A DNA stretch of 64,000 nt from Octopus vulgaris (GCA_951406725.2 OX597832.1:42718001-42782000), one strand, 5' to 3'. Counted from the stretch's first letter, positions 13,092 to 28,259 are shown. Translations and numbers: made by a program. Notes: generated by a model not told the origin, from the letters alone.

Positions 13092-13877
13092 GATGGGAGG
13101 AAAAAATGGAGGAAAAAAAAGGAGGGAAAAAAATGCGTGGGGATTAACGGTTCCACAAATAAATGTGGTCTTTTAATTTAGGAGAGCGAGATACGTACCG
13201 TATGCAATAGTAAAAAAACAAAAAAAAAAAAAACGCATGACCATATTAGATGCACTTCCAGTTTCAATGGCGCATATTCAGAAAAAAAAAAAAAATTTTT
13301 TTGGCGCATTAAAGTTTAATGGAGGCCCAGCTTCACATATAGTATCTGAAGTGATTTTTTTACACGTTATTTTAGGAGAAAATATGTGTTTTATAGTAGT
13401 ATCAAAAACGATAAATTTCGTTGGAGTGATATTATTGTAATAAGTTGCAAAGAGAATTGAAAGAATAGTTACTACATTTTTTTAAAAAGAAGATAGAAAA
13501 TTTGAAGAGTATGAATGTTTTAGTACAATACTGCATTCATGGTGACACCAGTTCGGAAGTACGGTTAAGGAGGTATTCGTGTGAAAGTAAATACTTGTAA
13601 CTTTTCCATTGAAGCATGTAATATTTAAAGCAACTTCGCACATAGGACCCAGGGGGACGTTTTGGTGGCTGTTTTTTTTTTATGAAATAGAATGCGCCTT
13701 ATATGCTATTCCGAAAAATAGTAAAATATTTAGCCTTCGGTTTGATATTCCATATAAATTTGTGGTCGAAATGTTTGAGTTAATTGCAAAATAAGTAAAG
13801 AATTTGCAACAGGTTTTTAAAGAGTTCACCCAACGTACGATTTAAATATTTTTTGTGTCAATATTAGTTGAGTGAAA

Positions 13878-14305
13878 GGCGGCGAGCTGGCAAAATCGTT
13901 AGCACGCCGGGCAGAATGCTTAGCAGCGTTTCATCCGTCTTAACGTTCTAAGTTCAAATTCCGCCGAGGTCGGCTTTACTTGTCATCCTCTCGGGGTCGA
14001 TAAAATAAGTGTCAAGCACTGGGGTTGATAAAATAAGTACCAGTTGGACTGGTCGATGTCATTGACTATCCCCCTCCCCAAAAGTTGCTGGCCTTGTACC
14101 AAAACTTGAAAGCAATATTAGCTGAGAAAAAAGCAACTATCTTGCAGAGCCGTTAGCAGGCCTCACAAAATGCTTAGTGGTTTGGTTGACTTTGCCTTTT
14201 ATCATTTAGGGATCAATAATTAAGCACTAGCTGAGTCCTGGGGTCCGTGTAATCGACTTAACCCCTCCCCCGAAATTACTGGCTTTGTGCAAAATTTGAA
14301 GCCCA
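13878..14305 (+). mobile_element. Two degenerate SINE A copies
   Basis: Family A head, central domain and alternative tail. Confidence 0.8.
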
Positions 14306-14508
14306 TATTAGTCAAGTGTATAATACAGAGATACAATCACGATCACGTGGGAAAGTTGTTAGGCTGTTTGAAGTTATAGTGTATGTATGTATGTATAGTA
14401 AATCAAATCCAAAGAAATCACCAACAGACTAGGAGATACTCACAGTTAAAATCATTTGGCTGATGTTCAAAGAAGGAAAATGTTATGTGGCAAAGGCTAT
14501 AAAACAAG

Positions 14509-14545
14509 GTTATAACGTTTCGGATATAATCCTTCGTCAGATATC
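14509..14545 (-). ncRNA. Minimal type I hammerhead motif, family H3 (canonical core)
   Basis: Minus strand: gatat-CTGACGA-A-ggat(tat)atcc-GAAAC-GTT-ataac. Stem I is 4/5 paired. Confidence 0.75.
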
Positions 14546-15533
14546 AGAAGAAAATTCACGGAGAGACTAGGGAGGAGAAGGAAAGAGGAAATGAGAAAAC
14601 GAAAGAGAAGAGAGCCCAGAATGGAAACCGCGCGTGGGTTACTTTATATGTTCGACCTCTGATTAACCGGAAGTGTGGACGGTAATTATGGTTTACAGAT
14701 GCACACACGCACACACATCCTTATATGTGTGTGTATGTGTATGTGTGCGTGTTCGTATGTGCGAACACATTATAAATATCTATATTTCTATATGAACATA
14801 TGAGCTGGTGTGAATGTAAGTTTGAGAATGGGTATTTGTGTATGTGTATATTTACACACACATACACACACACACACAAACTTACTCTCATTCCCTCCAC
14901 ACTCACACTCTCAGTCACACACACTCACACACATTCACTCACTCACACACACTTACACATACTCACTCACACACACTCACTCACACACACACACTCACAT
15001 GCACATCCGCACTCACTCGAACACACACGCATGCATACATCTGCTAGAAGACTGTAGATAACTCACAACCAACATACATCACATCTAGATCGAACACAGA
15101 ATCACTTGGTTGTCAAGCTAGTGTTTTAACCATAAAGCCATGCTTGCCTCCGTACTTTGTTTAAGACCAAAATGAAATAAAAATCCATTACATTAAATAT
15201 CTAGTATTTAATCTTTTTAATCTTTCCGCTATTTCTATGAACGTAGAACTGAAACTACACCGTAGATTAAAAGCACAAAAAAAAAAAAAAAAAAAAAAAT
15301 GCAAAAAACAAACGTAAAACAGCCTAATAAAATTTAGTAAAAAAATCTCTGAAAAATTCCAAAATTTCATGTAACAGGAAGACAAAAATGTATGTAAATT
15401 AAAATACAAGTGGTTTACAAAAAACAAACGGACAAACAAATGGGAAATTTAATGTACGTGTTCATGATAAAGTAATATATGTATACACATATACATATAT
15501 AGATATATGCTTATATATTTATATACACACAGA

Positions 15534-15576
<43 letters not shown>

Positions 15577-15725
15577 AAACACACATGTATATGATGATAT
15601 GTAATATATATACACACATATGAATATATATCAATGTGTGTATGGTATAGTTATATGTGTATATATATACATTTACATATATATACACACATATATGTAT
15701 ATATATATACATATATAAATATATA

Positions 15726-15758
<33 letters not shown>

Positions 15759-15805
15759 GTATTTATATATATATAACGGAATATATATTTATGTATATAT
15801 GTATA

Positions 15806-15870
<65 letters not shown>

Positions 15871-16454
15871 GTGTGTGTGTGTGATTTAGGCCAAAAATAT
15901 TTCGTCTCTGCAAGTCACTAAGTCCGTGTGTTACTCTGATATTCTCTCTTCTGTTTTCGCAAATTGCCATTTGGTCTTCGCCGAAACACAATCCTTCTTA
16001 TGATTTATTCCTTTATTTTCTTCTACTTCATTTTAGTTTTTCTTCTATTTCAGGCTTTTCTCTTGTTTATTTATGGTTGTTGTTGCGTTTGTTTAAATGA
16101 AGGAAATTGGGGAAAGGCATTGGAAATGAGAAGTGTGGTGAGGTGTTACAACTGTATCGAAATTAATCGACGGTTGTTGCGTTTAGCTTAGCTTAACCCA
16201 ACCTTCTGGGGCTCAAAAAAATATAGTATCATCGTCACCATCACCACCACCACCATCAGCACCCGCCCGCAATATCACCATCACCAACCATCACCACCAC
16301 CACCACCACTACTCATGTCCAATACCCATCACTACGCACCACCACCACCACACCCACCACCACCACCACCACCACCACCACCACCACCACCACCACCATC
16401 ACCACCACCCCCCCACCCCCACCACAACCCCCCCACCACACCCTACATCACTGT

Positions 16455-16622
16455 CCGTTTTTATATTCTGAGTTCAAATTCTGTCGAGGTCGAGTTTGCC
16501 TTTCATTCATTTGGAGGCGATAAAATAAATAATGGTTGAACGCTATTCGATGTAATCGACTTGACCCCACCCCGACTCCACCCGCACGAAATTGCTGATC
16601 TCGTGCCAAAATTTGAGACCAA
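16455..16622 (+). mobile_element. Degenerate SINE A fragment
   Basis: ctgagttcaaattctgtcgaggtcgagtttgcctttcat followed by the alternative tail. Confidence 0.7.
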
Positions 16623-16728
16623 TATTACACAATCGAATTATACGGCCACGATTTGTCAGAACCATGCATTGTTGAAACGATCGTAATGAAAGAATAAATA
16701 TAAAGCCAACGCTTCGATTGTAGGACTT

Positions 16729-16759
<31 letters not shown>

Positions 16760-16815
16760 CACACACATATACACACACACTCACTCACATACACACACAC
16801 ATACACACACACACT

Positions 16816-16848
<33 letters not shown>

Positions 16849-17611
16849 ACACACGCACACACACACATACACACACACGATACCTGTCAATAAAGAGAAT
16901 GGAACGAAACTGAAGTAAAATGATACAGATCGACAATAAAATAAAGTCGTACGATGTTTTTGAATTGTTTATAGAGTGAACATACAAAAAATTATTGATA
17001 CTAGAAAACCGAAATCTCATGCAACAATAGTAGAAAAAAGCTGGTTAACGAAAATTCTCTGTCTTTAAGGAATAGAATACCATTCTACGATACGTTCACA
17101 GATAATTCCAATTGATTGTATTCATAGCATTCATCTGTTGGATCCGACATTGATATTCTTCCTATGTAATAATTTTATTGGCAAAAAATAATTTTCTTTT
17201 AGTTCCTGGATTTTAACAAGAATTTTTTTTTTTCTAAAATAAGGAAGAAAATCATTCGATTTTTGGTGAAAAATCAGGTATCTATAACTAATAAATTATT
17301 CTTTGGTATTGATCCGAAATTATTTTATTGGAGAAAAATCATTTCTTTTCAATTTCAATTTATAGTCGGCTATTTTATATGCTCAGTCGAAAGACTAACG
17401 AAAGAATATACGGGGTGGGGATGGGTGGTGGTTTTGGGGTTAACGTTCTGTGAAGAGAGAATTGGGTCTCGTAGTAATCGTAATGCGTGTTGAAGCAGAG
17501 TGGAGGTGAGAGAAACAGTAAGGGGTAACTCGACTGGGTTCAAAGATGGTGGTGGTATGCAATTAGCTATAGTTCAATAAATAGTTGTATTATTAATAGA
17601 AAGATTAAAAA

Positions 17612-18256
17612 TGGTAAGCTAGCACAATCGTTACCATGCCGGACAAAACGCTTAGCGGCATTCCGTCCGTCTGTACTTTCCGAGTTCAAACTCTGCCGAG
17701 ATTGACTTTGTCTTTCATTCTTTTCAGGGTCGATAAAATAAATATCAATTGAGTCCTGGGGCTGATGTAATCGACAAGACCCCCTCCCCCAAAATTTCAA
17801 GCTTTGGGCCTATGATAGAAAGAATTACTCTTTTACTCTTTTACTTTTTACTTGTTTCAAAGTCATTTGACTGAGGCCATGGCTGGCTTTAGCACCACCA
17901 TTAATCGAGCAACTCGACCCCTGGACTTATTCTTTATGTAAAGCCCAGTACTTATTCTATCGGTCTCTTTTGCCTAACCACTAAGTAACGGGGACCTAAA
18001 CACACCAGCATCGGTGTGTTTACGTCCCCGTAACTTTGCTAGGGGGACAAACACAGACACACAAACATACACACGCATATATATATATATATATATACAT
18101 ATATACGACAGACTTCTTTCAGTTTCCGTCTACCAAATCCACTCACAAGGCTTTGGTCAGCCCGAGGCTATAGTAGAAGACACTTGCCCAAGGTGCCACA
18201 CAGTGGGACTGAACCCGGAACCATGTGGTTGGTAAACAAGCTACTTACCACACAGA
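17612..18256. mobile_element. SINE A (+, to about 17822) tail-to-tail with SINE B (-, 17828-18256)
   Basis: Family-diagnostic modules; SINE B tail reads (ctctttta)n on the plus strand. Confidence 0.85.
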
Positions 18257-18540
18257 GTAACGGTCTACAAGTCAGTATCGTGTCTACAGCAAATCCATAG
18301 AGATAAACTTAAAAGACACAAAAATTTGAATGTTGGACGGTTTGGTTGCTATTTCTATTAAAACTCCTCGTCGGAGAGTTTGTTCTGTTAAGCTAATAAG
18401 ATCTGAAACGAGGGAGATTTTGGATGCCATTTCTTGCGTATCCAGTGACGAAGGAGTGGGTCATTCGTTTAGCTCGTACTTTCTATTGTTAAACCCAGTA
18501 AGAGGCAAATTGAGTGAGTTTTGGATGGTATTTCTTGTAA

Positions 18541-19139
18541 GGCGGAGAGCTGGCAGAGACGTTAGCACGCCGGGCGAAATGCTTAGCGGTATTTCGTCTG
18601 CCGTTACGTTCTGAGTTCAAATTCCGCCGTTCTCAACTTTGCCTTTCATCCTTTCGGGGGCGATTAAATAAGTACCAGTTACGCACTGGGGTTGATGTAA
18701 TCGACTTAATCCGTTTGTCTGTCCTTGTCTGTCCCCTTTGTGTTTAGCCCCTTGTGGGTAGTAAAGAAATAGGTATTTCGTCTGCCGTTACGTTGTGAGT
18801 TCAAATTCCGCCGATCTCGACTTTGCCTTTCATCCTTTCGGGGGCGATAAATGAAGTACCAGTTACGCACTGGGGTCGATGTAATCGACTTAATACCTAT
18901 GTCTGTCCTTGTTTGTCCCCTCTGTGTTTAACCTCTTGTGGGTAGTAAAGAAATAGGTATTTCGTCTGCCGTTACCTTGTGAGTTCAAATTCCGCCGATC
19001 TCGACTTTGCCTTTCATCCTTTCGGGGGCCATAAATGAAGTACCAGTTACTCACTGGGGTCGATGTAATCGACTTAATACCTATGTCTGTCCTTGTTTGT
19101 CCCCTCTGTGTTTAGCCCCTTGTGGGTAATAAAGAAATA
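18541..19139 (+). mobile_element. SINE A trimer with 184-bp period and a single TSD
   Basis: ggtatttc junctions at 18772, 18956 and 19140. TSD ggtatttcttgtaag at 18527-18541 and 19140-19154. Confidence 0.92.
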
Positions 19140-19616
19140 GGTATTTCTTGTAAGCCGCCTGATTATTATGAAAGTCAATCGTTAACTTATACATTCTATT
19201 GTTAATGTTACTAACATGTAAACTGAGCGAGATTTAATCGCCATTTTGTGCGCGTCAACTTACAACACAATGAAAGAGAGAAAAGCTTTCGTTTCTTCGT
19301 ATTCTCAAATTTTTGGAGCCAAAAAGTAGCGAAATGAAGAAGAATTTGGCTGCTATTTCTAGGATGGCAAGTGATCATTCGCACAGTCGTTTATTAGTTC
19401 ATCAGCATCTAACATTTTAATATTTTATAGTGTTGGTCTGTAAATGTAAGATGGAAACATCAATTTGTTTTATAGCTGTCTGACGTAATTCAGCGGTGGT
19501 TTATTTGGACATGTAGAAAAGTGATGTTTTATGGCGTGTCAACTTCAGTAGCTGCAGACGATAATATATATGTACACGTATGCACATATGCATTTGAATA
19601 AATAAGTATATGCAAG

Positions 19617-19679
<63 letters not shown>

Positions 19680-19953
19680 GAGAGAGAGCTACAGAGAGAC
19701 ACACATACTTGGATAAGTAGATAGATAGGTACATACCTACATACATATATACATACATATAAAAATATATATCTACATGTTTATGAGTTTTCTGTTTGTC
19801 CATGCAAGAGTGTGTATATATATATATATGTTCATTGTATGTATATATATGTATTTGTGTGTAAATATGTATATGCATATATGTAAATGTATATATATAT
19901 GCGTGTGTGTATGCGTGTGTTTATATATCTATATATCTGTGTGTCTGTGTGTG

Positions 19954-20019
<66 letters not shown>

Positions 20020-20211
20020 AAGGGAGGGAAAGGAAAGATTCTGTGATCAAACTCTCTAGCCTACAGTGTGATATTTCAATATAATAAAGAACTTGTAAAT
20101 GTCACAGATATGTTAACAAATATAGTTTACACACACACACACATACACACTTACACAGACACACACTTACACATGTGGGTATGTATATATATGCATATTT
20201 TATATACATAA

Positions 20212-20261
<50 letters not shown>

Positions 20262-20345
20262 GCAGAGTATATATATTACATGTGTATGTGTGAACGTGAC
20301 ATGTGACTATACGAAGCTGTGTGTGTTTGTATGTGTGTGTGTGCA

Positions 20346-20388
<43 letters not shown>

Positions 20389-20453
20389 AAGAGTGTGTAC
20401 GAACGAATACAGCATAAATTCCATATGAACGTAACTGTGACATTTAGAATCTA

Positions 20454-20538
<85 letters not shown>

Positions 20539-20650
20539 TATATATCATATAGAGATAAATATATATACGTACATACACACACATATTTGCATATTTACAT
20601 GCATGTGAACATATATTCATACACGCTTATACTTATATATGCATACACAT

Positions 20651-20699
<49 letters not shown>

Positions 20700-20870
20700 G
20701 AGAGGCACATTTAAGTGCGAATATATTTGTATGTAATGTTTTAATATTGCTTAAATGTATATGGATTAATAAATAGGAATGTTTAAGATACATACTTGTG
20801 AAACGTATATGTATATGTGTGTAGATATATGTGTATGTATATATATATATATATATGTGCACATATACAC

Positions 20871-20920
<50 letters not shown>

Positions 20921-21205
20921 ATGTGTACATCTATGTTTGTATATATTTGTGTGTGTATATGTATATGTATATATATATATATATGTGTGTGCGTGCGTGT
21001 GTGTGCACATATACATATACATATATGTATATATATACGTGTATGTGTACATATATGTGTGTATATATGAGTGTGTGTACATATATATGCATATATATAT
21101 ATGTATATGTGTATGTATGTATAAGATACACACAAAAACGCGCACATACACACAAACACTCACACATACACACATATATATATATGCACATACACTTTTG
21201 TGTGT

Positions 21206-21248
<43 letters not shown>

Positions 21249-21539
21249 CGTGTGTGCGTGTGTGTGTGTATGCGTCTTATGTACGATACATACACTCGTA
21301 CTGTTATGCTGGCACAGCAGAATATATAGTTCATTGTAAATACATTAAAAGTATGAGACGAAAAATTAAAAAGAAAAGGGGTCAGAGCACATATATAAGG
21401 GTTTGGGGAGCGTATTTAAGGGTCTGGTATGCTGTTGATATATTCATTAGGTGTTTAGTGTCCAATTTCAACTATTTAAGACCTTCGTAATTTAAAAAGG
21501 ATGTCAACGTACAAGAATATTGGAGAATGGTAGAATATA

Positions 21540-21702
21540 TGGGAGCCGACATTGGCTGTGGAGTTAAGGAACTCATTTTGTAACCACGTAGATTCGGGTT
21601 TGGTCCCACTGCGCAGCACGTTGGGTAAATGTCTTTTCCTATACCTCCAAGCCAACCAAGATTCTCGAGAGTGAATTCGGTAGACGGAAACTGTTTAGAA
21701 GT
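21540..21702 (+). mobile_element. Degenerate SINE B head
   Basis: tggctgtggagttaag...gggtttggtcccactgc...ggtagacggaaactg. Confidence 0.6.
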
Positions 21703-21749
21703 CAATCATATATATACAACAACAACAGCAACAACAATTATAATAATCC

Positions 21750-22712
<963 letters not shown>

Positions 22713-22719
22713 ACTAAAC

Positions 22720-22955
22720 ATTTTGCCTTCTTTCCATTATGCTGGAGGTAACTCTTGGAACATTTCCCATAAAGAACTTGATTTGTTGTACGGCACTGCT
22801 ATTAGATGATTTTATGTGCTGCCCTCAAAAGTCTTGCATGTGTTCCGTGTAGGATTTTCTCCCAGTGTCTTTGTTAAAAGCCGTATTGTGCGGGCGTACG
22901 AGGGCGCTGTTTATGTTGTTGCTCGAAAGATGCTAATCTTAAGCCATTTGTTTGG
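22720..22955 (-). pseudogene. Decayed RTE-clade LINE ORF fragment (post-RT region)
   Basis: Across frameshifts: WLKISIFRATT*...LLTKTL / KILHGTHARLLRAAHKI...TNQVLY / GNVPRVTSSIMERR. Resembles RTE LK.R.FRA...WTLTK.LE..LDG...RMLR.ALNISW...TN..LYG.LP. Confidence 0.7.
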
Positions 22956-23307
22956 ATCTGAATTGAATCAATGAATAAGACATCAAAACGAATCTGTTTA
23001 GGCTAGAAATTTAGATCATATTTTAGACTGACAGTGTCTTCGAGAGTATCATATGACAGAGTATTCGGTGACAAATTAGATGTAAAGTGTGATGGATAAA
23101 GTCGACAATTTGTTTTTAGACATCTTTCAATAATAATCACTTCATAATCACTGCAAATACAATGCTAAGTTCCTCGTTGGCAACTCCTATCTTTTCTAGG
23201 GCCTACTTCCGGCATTTGCTTGCGTGCCAATAGCATGGTGCATCTGTTATTAAATACTTGTCGCTCTGTTTTTCTGAATTTGCAGTGTTAAAAACACAAT
23301 AGATATC

Positions 23308-23698
23308 AGAGAGAGGGAGAGAAAGGGAGAGAGAGAGAGAAAGGGAGAGAGAGAGAGAAAGAGAGGGAGAGAGGGGGGAGAGAAAGAGAGGGAGAGAGAA
23401 AGAAATAGAGAGGGAGGGGGTGAGAGAGAGAAATAGAGGGAGAGAGAGAAAGAGAGAGATAGAGAGAGAGAGAGAAGAGAGGGAGAGAGAGATAGAGAGA
23501 GAGAAAGAGAGAAAGAGAGAGAGAGAGAAGAGAGAGAGAAATAGAGAGAGAGAAAAAGAGAGAGAGAGAGAAAGAGAGAAAATTTCTTTATTCACCATAA
23601 GGTTGAGAAAAAGAGGAGACAATACGGGGACAGACAAAACAAACGTTGGGGCCAGGGTATCGAATGAGACGAAACGTATGAATAAGAGAGAGAGAGAA

Positions 23699-23785
<87 letters not shown>

Positions 23786-23802
23786 AAGAGAGAGAGAGAG
23801 AA
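23308..23802. repeat. (GA)n / polypurine tract interrupted by an insert of about 110 bp (23582-23690)
   Basis: Read directly. The insert ends aataaagaaa on the minus strand and resembles the SINE A tail. Confidence 0.9.
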
Positions 23803-24762
23803 GGATGAAAATTTGTTCCAGCAGCGGCCGGCGAAAGTTTCAGACACATTTCAGCCCTGGGGCGTTTTCCATGACAATTCCATGACAACACATGGTCGGA
23901 CGAGAATTCGTCGCCTTTGACATAAGAAAAAAAGTCGAATAAAAAATTCACTGATGCAGCGAATTGCCACTCGGTTTATTTAAAATCTTGTATGTGCTGT
24001 TCAAGCAGTATTTAATTAAAATAGGTATCTAAGTATCATATTTAATGTACACACACTATCCATAGGCCAGTAACAGCAGTATTTCTCCTGAGATGAAATC
24101 TCTTAAGAACTTGAAAAGACCCATAAGAGATGTCTGAGATATTTATTGCGTTTTTAACACTATAAGCCCATAAGAGATGTTATCACTGGACAAATACTGC
24201 AGCAACTTGCCTATCAACAGTGTGTATACATAAGGTATGATATACATAGGACAATTTAAATTAAGGTATTTTCTGCTCGCGGGACGTGGTTTTATGGCAA
24301 CAGGAGAGAGAAAGAAAGAGAGACGGAGTGAGCGAGGGGAAAGAGAGAGAGAGAGAGAGAGAGACGGTGTGAGTGAGGAGGGAGAGAGAGATAAAGAAGT
24401 GGAAACGATGTACTTCAGGGGAGAGAATCGCTTTCGTTTTCCAGTTTTTAAGTTAAAAAGTTCTTTCTTTTTTTTTCTCGGTGGAAGGAAAAGGAAGAGA
24501 AGAGCTTTCATGTTTTTGCTCCAATTGCATGTACCGGACATCAGATATAATCTTCTGTATGACTGAAACTAAAGCATATCCCTTACTTGCTGAAATAATT
24601 AAAATAATATTCATTAATGACTAATATTGATTTTTTTATTTTCCTCGCTGCATAATTATATTTAATTAGCATTTTTGAAGTTCTTTGCATTTAATTATGT
24701 TAACACTAATTTTAAATTACTATTTGGAGAATATATACAAATGCATTTATATATATATATAT

Positions 24763-25136
24763 TCTGTTATATAAAATCCGTTCTGTCTGTGTGTGTGTCT
24801 TCTAGGATCTCGGGCATCCTCCATCCGATTGCGTTCAAATTTGATATGTAGATACCGACGGTATCAGGGCGTGTCTTGAAAAAATTATAAAAATCCATTC
24901 CAGGTGAGAACGCGATCGATAAAGCCGTGGGAACTTGCATTTGTAAAATCGGTTTTCTTGGAATAGGAAAAAAAGTCTATATTTATTTCTTCTTTTGCTG
25001 GTGTCTCAAATTTAGGTTAAATCAGTGTTTCTCGAAGTGGAGGCCTATGGGACGGTCGGACAAGTTGTTTTGAGAAAATTTGGTTTAAATGTTTGACAAC
25101 TCAGCACCGTCCATTGGACGGGGGTGCGTTTTGCTC

Positions 25137-25137
<1 letters not shown>
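24763..25137 (+). mobile_element. Helitron-like non-autonomous element
   Basis: TC start, (TCTG/TG) microsatellite near the 5' end, ccgattgcgttcaaatttgatatg motif, 3' subterminal hairpin ccgtcc-att-ggacgg and CTCG end (CTAG-like). Inserted in (TA)n. Confidence 0.6.
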
Positions 25138-25215
<78 letters not shown>

Positions 25216-25229
25216 TGTATGTATGTATG

Positions 25230-25285
<56 letters not shown>

Positions 25286-25309
25286 ATAATTTTCTGCTCT
25301 TAAAATAAA

Positions 25310-25358
<49 letters not shown>

Positions 25359-25715
25359 TAGCCCGAGATATCGTAATGGTGTGCAACTGTAATGAAATGT
25401 AGTAGTAGTTGTAGTAACTTTGAACGAAATATAAAATAGTAAAATGGATTTGGGCGTGGATCTTTGGGTAGAATTCCACTTTTTTTCGACCTGTTGACCA
25501 ACTCATCGTTGTACTGTATAAATGGCGGAGTTTTCCACAGAGACGTGTACTTTTACCATTATCTTTGACCAGACTTACTATGCAACACAGCGTGTATGTG
25601 TAACCAGGTTGGATCATTGGTATTACAGGTACATTTTTATCTCTCATCATCGAATTGCAGGTTCACTCAATCTTTTCTCCTAAGCAAAATGTCCTGTTGT
25701 AGACTATGTCAGCCT

Positions 25716-26450
25716 AGCACTCAATGTAGAGGTCAAAGTGTTGCACCGTCTGAAGCCACCTTTCGACCAGTTCTTTGATTCCGCCCTGGTACCAGTTCTT
25801 GTCCGAGGCGAAGAACTCCTTTACTGAAGCTTTCATCTCCTCTCGATTGATGGGGCGTCTTGAGGGCAGAAAGTGAGCCATGATTCGGAATAAATAATAA
25901 TCCGAGGGAGCTAAGTCTGCATGATACACTGGGTGCAGCATCATTTCGATTCCGTCAACTTCCTGGGGTTTATTCCCGGTTTTTTCGAGCGGTATGGAAT
26001 CATGCGTTGTCCTGCTGCAGAAGAACTCGCTTTCTGTTATCCAATGCCGGGTATTTTTGCTGCACAATTGCACACATCCGTGAGATGCCAAGTTCACCAG
26101 ATACCCAACGAGTACTACTTCACAGATTTGCTTCTATGGCTTGGAGAGCGGCCTCGTAAGTCTATGTTCTTGCAGCCCGAGGGAAATTTCTTGAAACGAA
26201 TGTTTACTGTACTGTGTTCAACTGCAAATTCACCTTCCGCACAACAAATGTTTTTGGTTGCTTCCGCGTTGTTATGGCCCAATTCGAACTCGTAAAGAAT
26301 AAGTTCCCGAATTAGACAATGCTACACGTTCCTCTGAGCAGCTTTAAAATCACAAACGGAATGAGGCTATGCACAACGATTCAGCGCACCAACTACCATG
26401 GTGTAAACTACTTCGGTCACATGATATATAACCTGCAAACTACCACACAA
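25716..26450 (-). pseudogene. Internally deleted mariner transposase remnant
   Basis: N-terminal LYEFELGHNNAEATKNICC..RFKKF (HTH region). C-terminal HPVYHADLAPSDYYLF and WYQGGIKELVERW. Confidence 0.9.
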
Positions 26451-26481
26451 GCAAGTATTGCAGAAATTTTGACTCGCCTCA

Positions 26482-26522
<41 letters not shown>

Positions 26523-26525
<3 letters not shown>

Positions 26526-26762
26526 GGGTTGGATAAAATAATGAAAACACCTTACAATTTCAAACAAATTTATTTTAATATGGGGTAGGACCGCCTTTGG
26601 AAGTAATTACAGCTTGAATTCTACGAGGTATGGACTCGTACAAATTTTGACTTGTTTCCAAAGGAATTTTTGTCCATTCTTCAGCTAAAACAGTCTCCAG
26701 GTCTTGTAGTGATGATGATGAAGGATATCGACTCCTTAACTGTTTTTCTAAAATGCACCAGA
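26523..26762 (-). mobile_element. Tc1-family right-end fragment
   Basis: TA + caggggttggataaaataatgaaaac terminus; encodes ...AEEWTKIPLET...RRIQAVITSKGGPTPY*. Same family as 39246. Confidence 0.85.
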
Positions 26763-27174
26763 AATCCCTTTTGGCACCAAGTGGAGTTTATAGCCTCAAA
26801 ACAGCACTACAGCGGTGAAGATGGGTTATAGATTTGATAACTACTGCGGCTGTTGTTGTTGTTGTTGTTGGTGGTGGTGGTTGTTTGTCATCACGTACCT
26901 TATTGCATATCCAAGATTATAGCATCCAACGTGTCCTTCTTCTTTTAGGTAGGAGATGACTCCTATTTCTAACAGAATTAAGCGACGCCTACAGGCTTCC
27001 TTCATAGGTGGACGCTAGTGGCGGGCTGGTACTGATGGTTATGACTATGATGATGATAATGGGTGCTATGATAATGGTTGGTAAGGTGGTAAGTTGATGG
27101 TGCTGGTCGGGGGCTGGGTGGGGTTCTAGCGGTGTTAGTAGTGGTGGTTTTGGTAGTATTTGGTAGTATATAAA

Positions 27175-27406
27175 GGCGGCGAGCTGGCAGAAACGTTAGC
27201 ACGCCGGGCGAAATGCTTAGTGGTATTTTCGTCTGCCGTTACGTTGTGAGTTCAAATTCCGCTGAGGTCGACTTTGCCTTTCATCCTTTCGGGGTCGTTA
27301 AATTAAGTACCAGTTACGCACTGGGGTCGATGTAATCGACTTATTACCTATGTCTGTCCTTGTTTGTCCCGTCTATGTTTAGCCCCTTGTGGGTAATAAA
27401 GAAATA
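27175..27406 (+). mobile_element. SINE A full-length monomer
   Basis: Flanking duplication ggttttggtagt at about 27145 and 27407. Confidence 0.9.
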
Positions 27407-28115
27407 GGTTTTGGTAGTGTTGACGCTGTTGGTAGTGGTGGTGGTCGTGAAAGTGGTTAGCTGGGAGATGTAGTGGCGATGATAGTAGTCGTGATGCTAA
27501 CGATGGTGGTGGTTGTGATGGTAGTATTCGTGGTGGTGGTTGTAGTGGTGGTGGTGGTGGTTACGATAGTGGTACTGGCATTGATGGTGAGGCTTGCGAT
27601 GGTGTTGCTGGTTGTGGTGATGGTGGCGACAAGGGAAAAATGGTGGGCGTGGTGCCACTAATGGGATTGGAATTATTGTTGGGTGGGCTACTAATGACGG
27701 TGGATACAGAGTGGAGGATGTCAGGGTGTGGTGGTGGTGGTGGTGGTGGCGTCGATGGTATCGGTGCCAGCTGCATGGGTGATGGAGGTGACGCGTGTGG
27801 AATTACCAGTGGTAGGGTGTATGCTCTGCATGTGTGCGCGCGTGCGTTGCGTGTGTGTGTAACGTGTGTGTGTGTGTGCGTGTGTACTGTGGGTGTGTAC
27901 GTACGCGCGTGCGTCTGCAGAGAAGGGCATTTCCGCTTAGGCATTGTTAAATCTTTTAAAAATGTCAAGGTCATCCATCACACTTGAAGACAACTTAGTT
28001 TTAGAGCAGCGATTAGGTCAAAGGTCACGGGTGGAACAAAAAAATAAATACAAGAAAAACGATGCTATAAAGACAGACAGACGGAAAGACACGGATAGAC
28101 AGATACCAGCGAGCG

Positions 28116-28199
<84 letters not shown>

Positions 28200-28259
28200 G
28201 AGCAGACACATGAATAGATTGATATACAGGCAGCCATATCGATAGAGGTCTAAATCTAT

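Noticed and set aside
13565-13702. Possible TTAA-type MITE termini (ttaaggaggtattc / gaatgcgcctta)
   Set aside because: The inverted match is short and gapped, and no second copy is present in the window.
24120-24180. 14-bp direct repeat cccataagagatgt flanking 33 bp
   Set aside because: Could be a TSD footprint, but no element is identifiable between the repeats.
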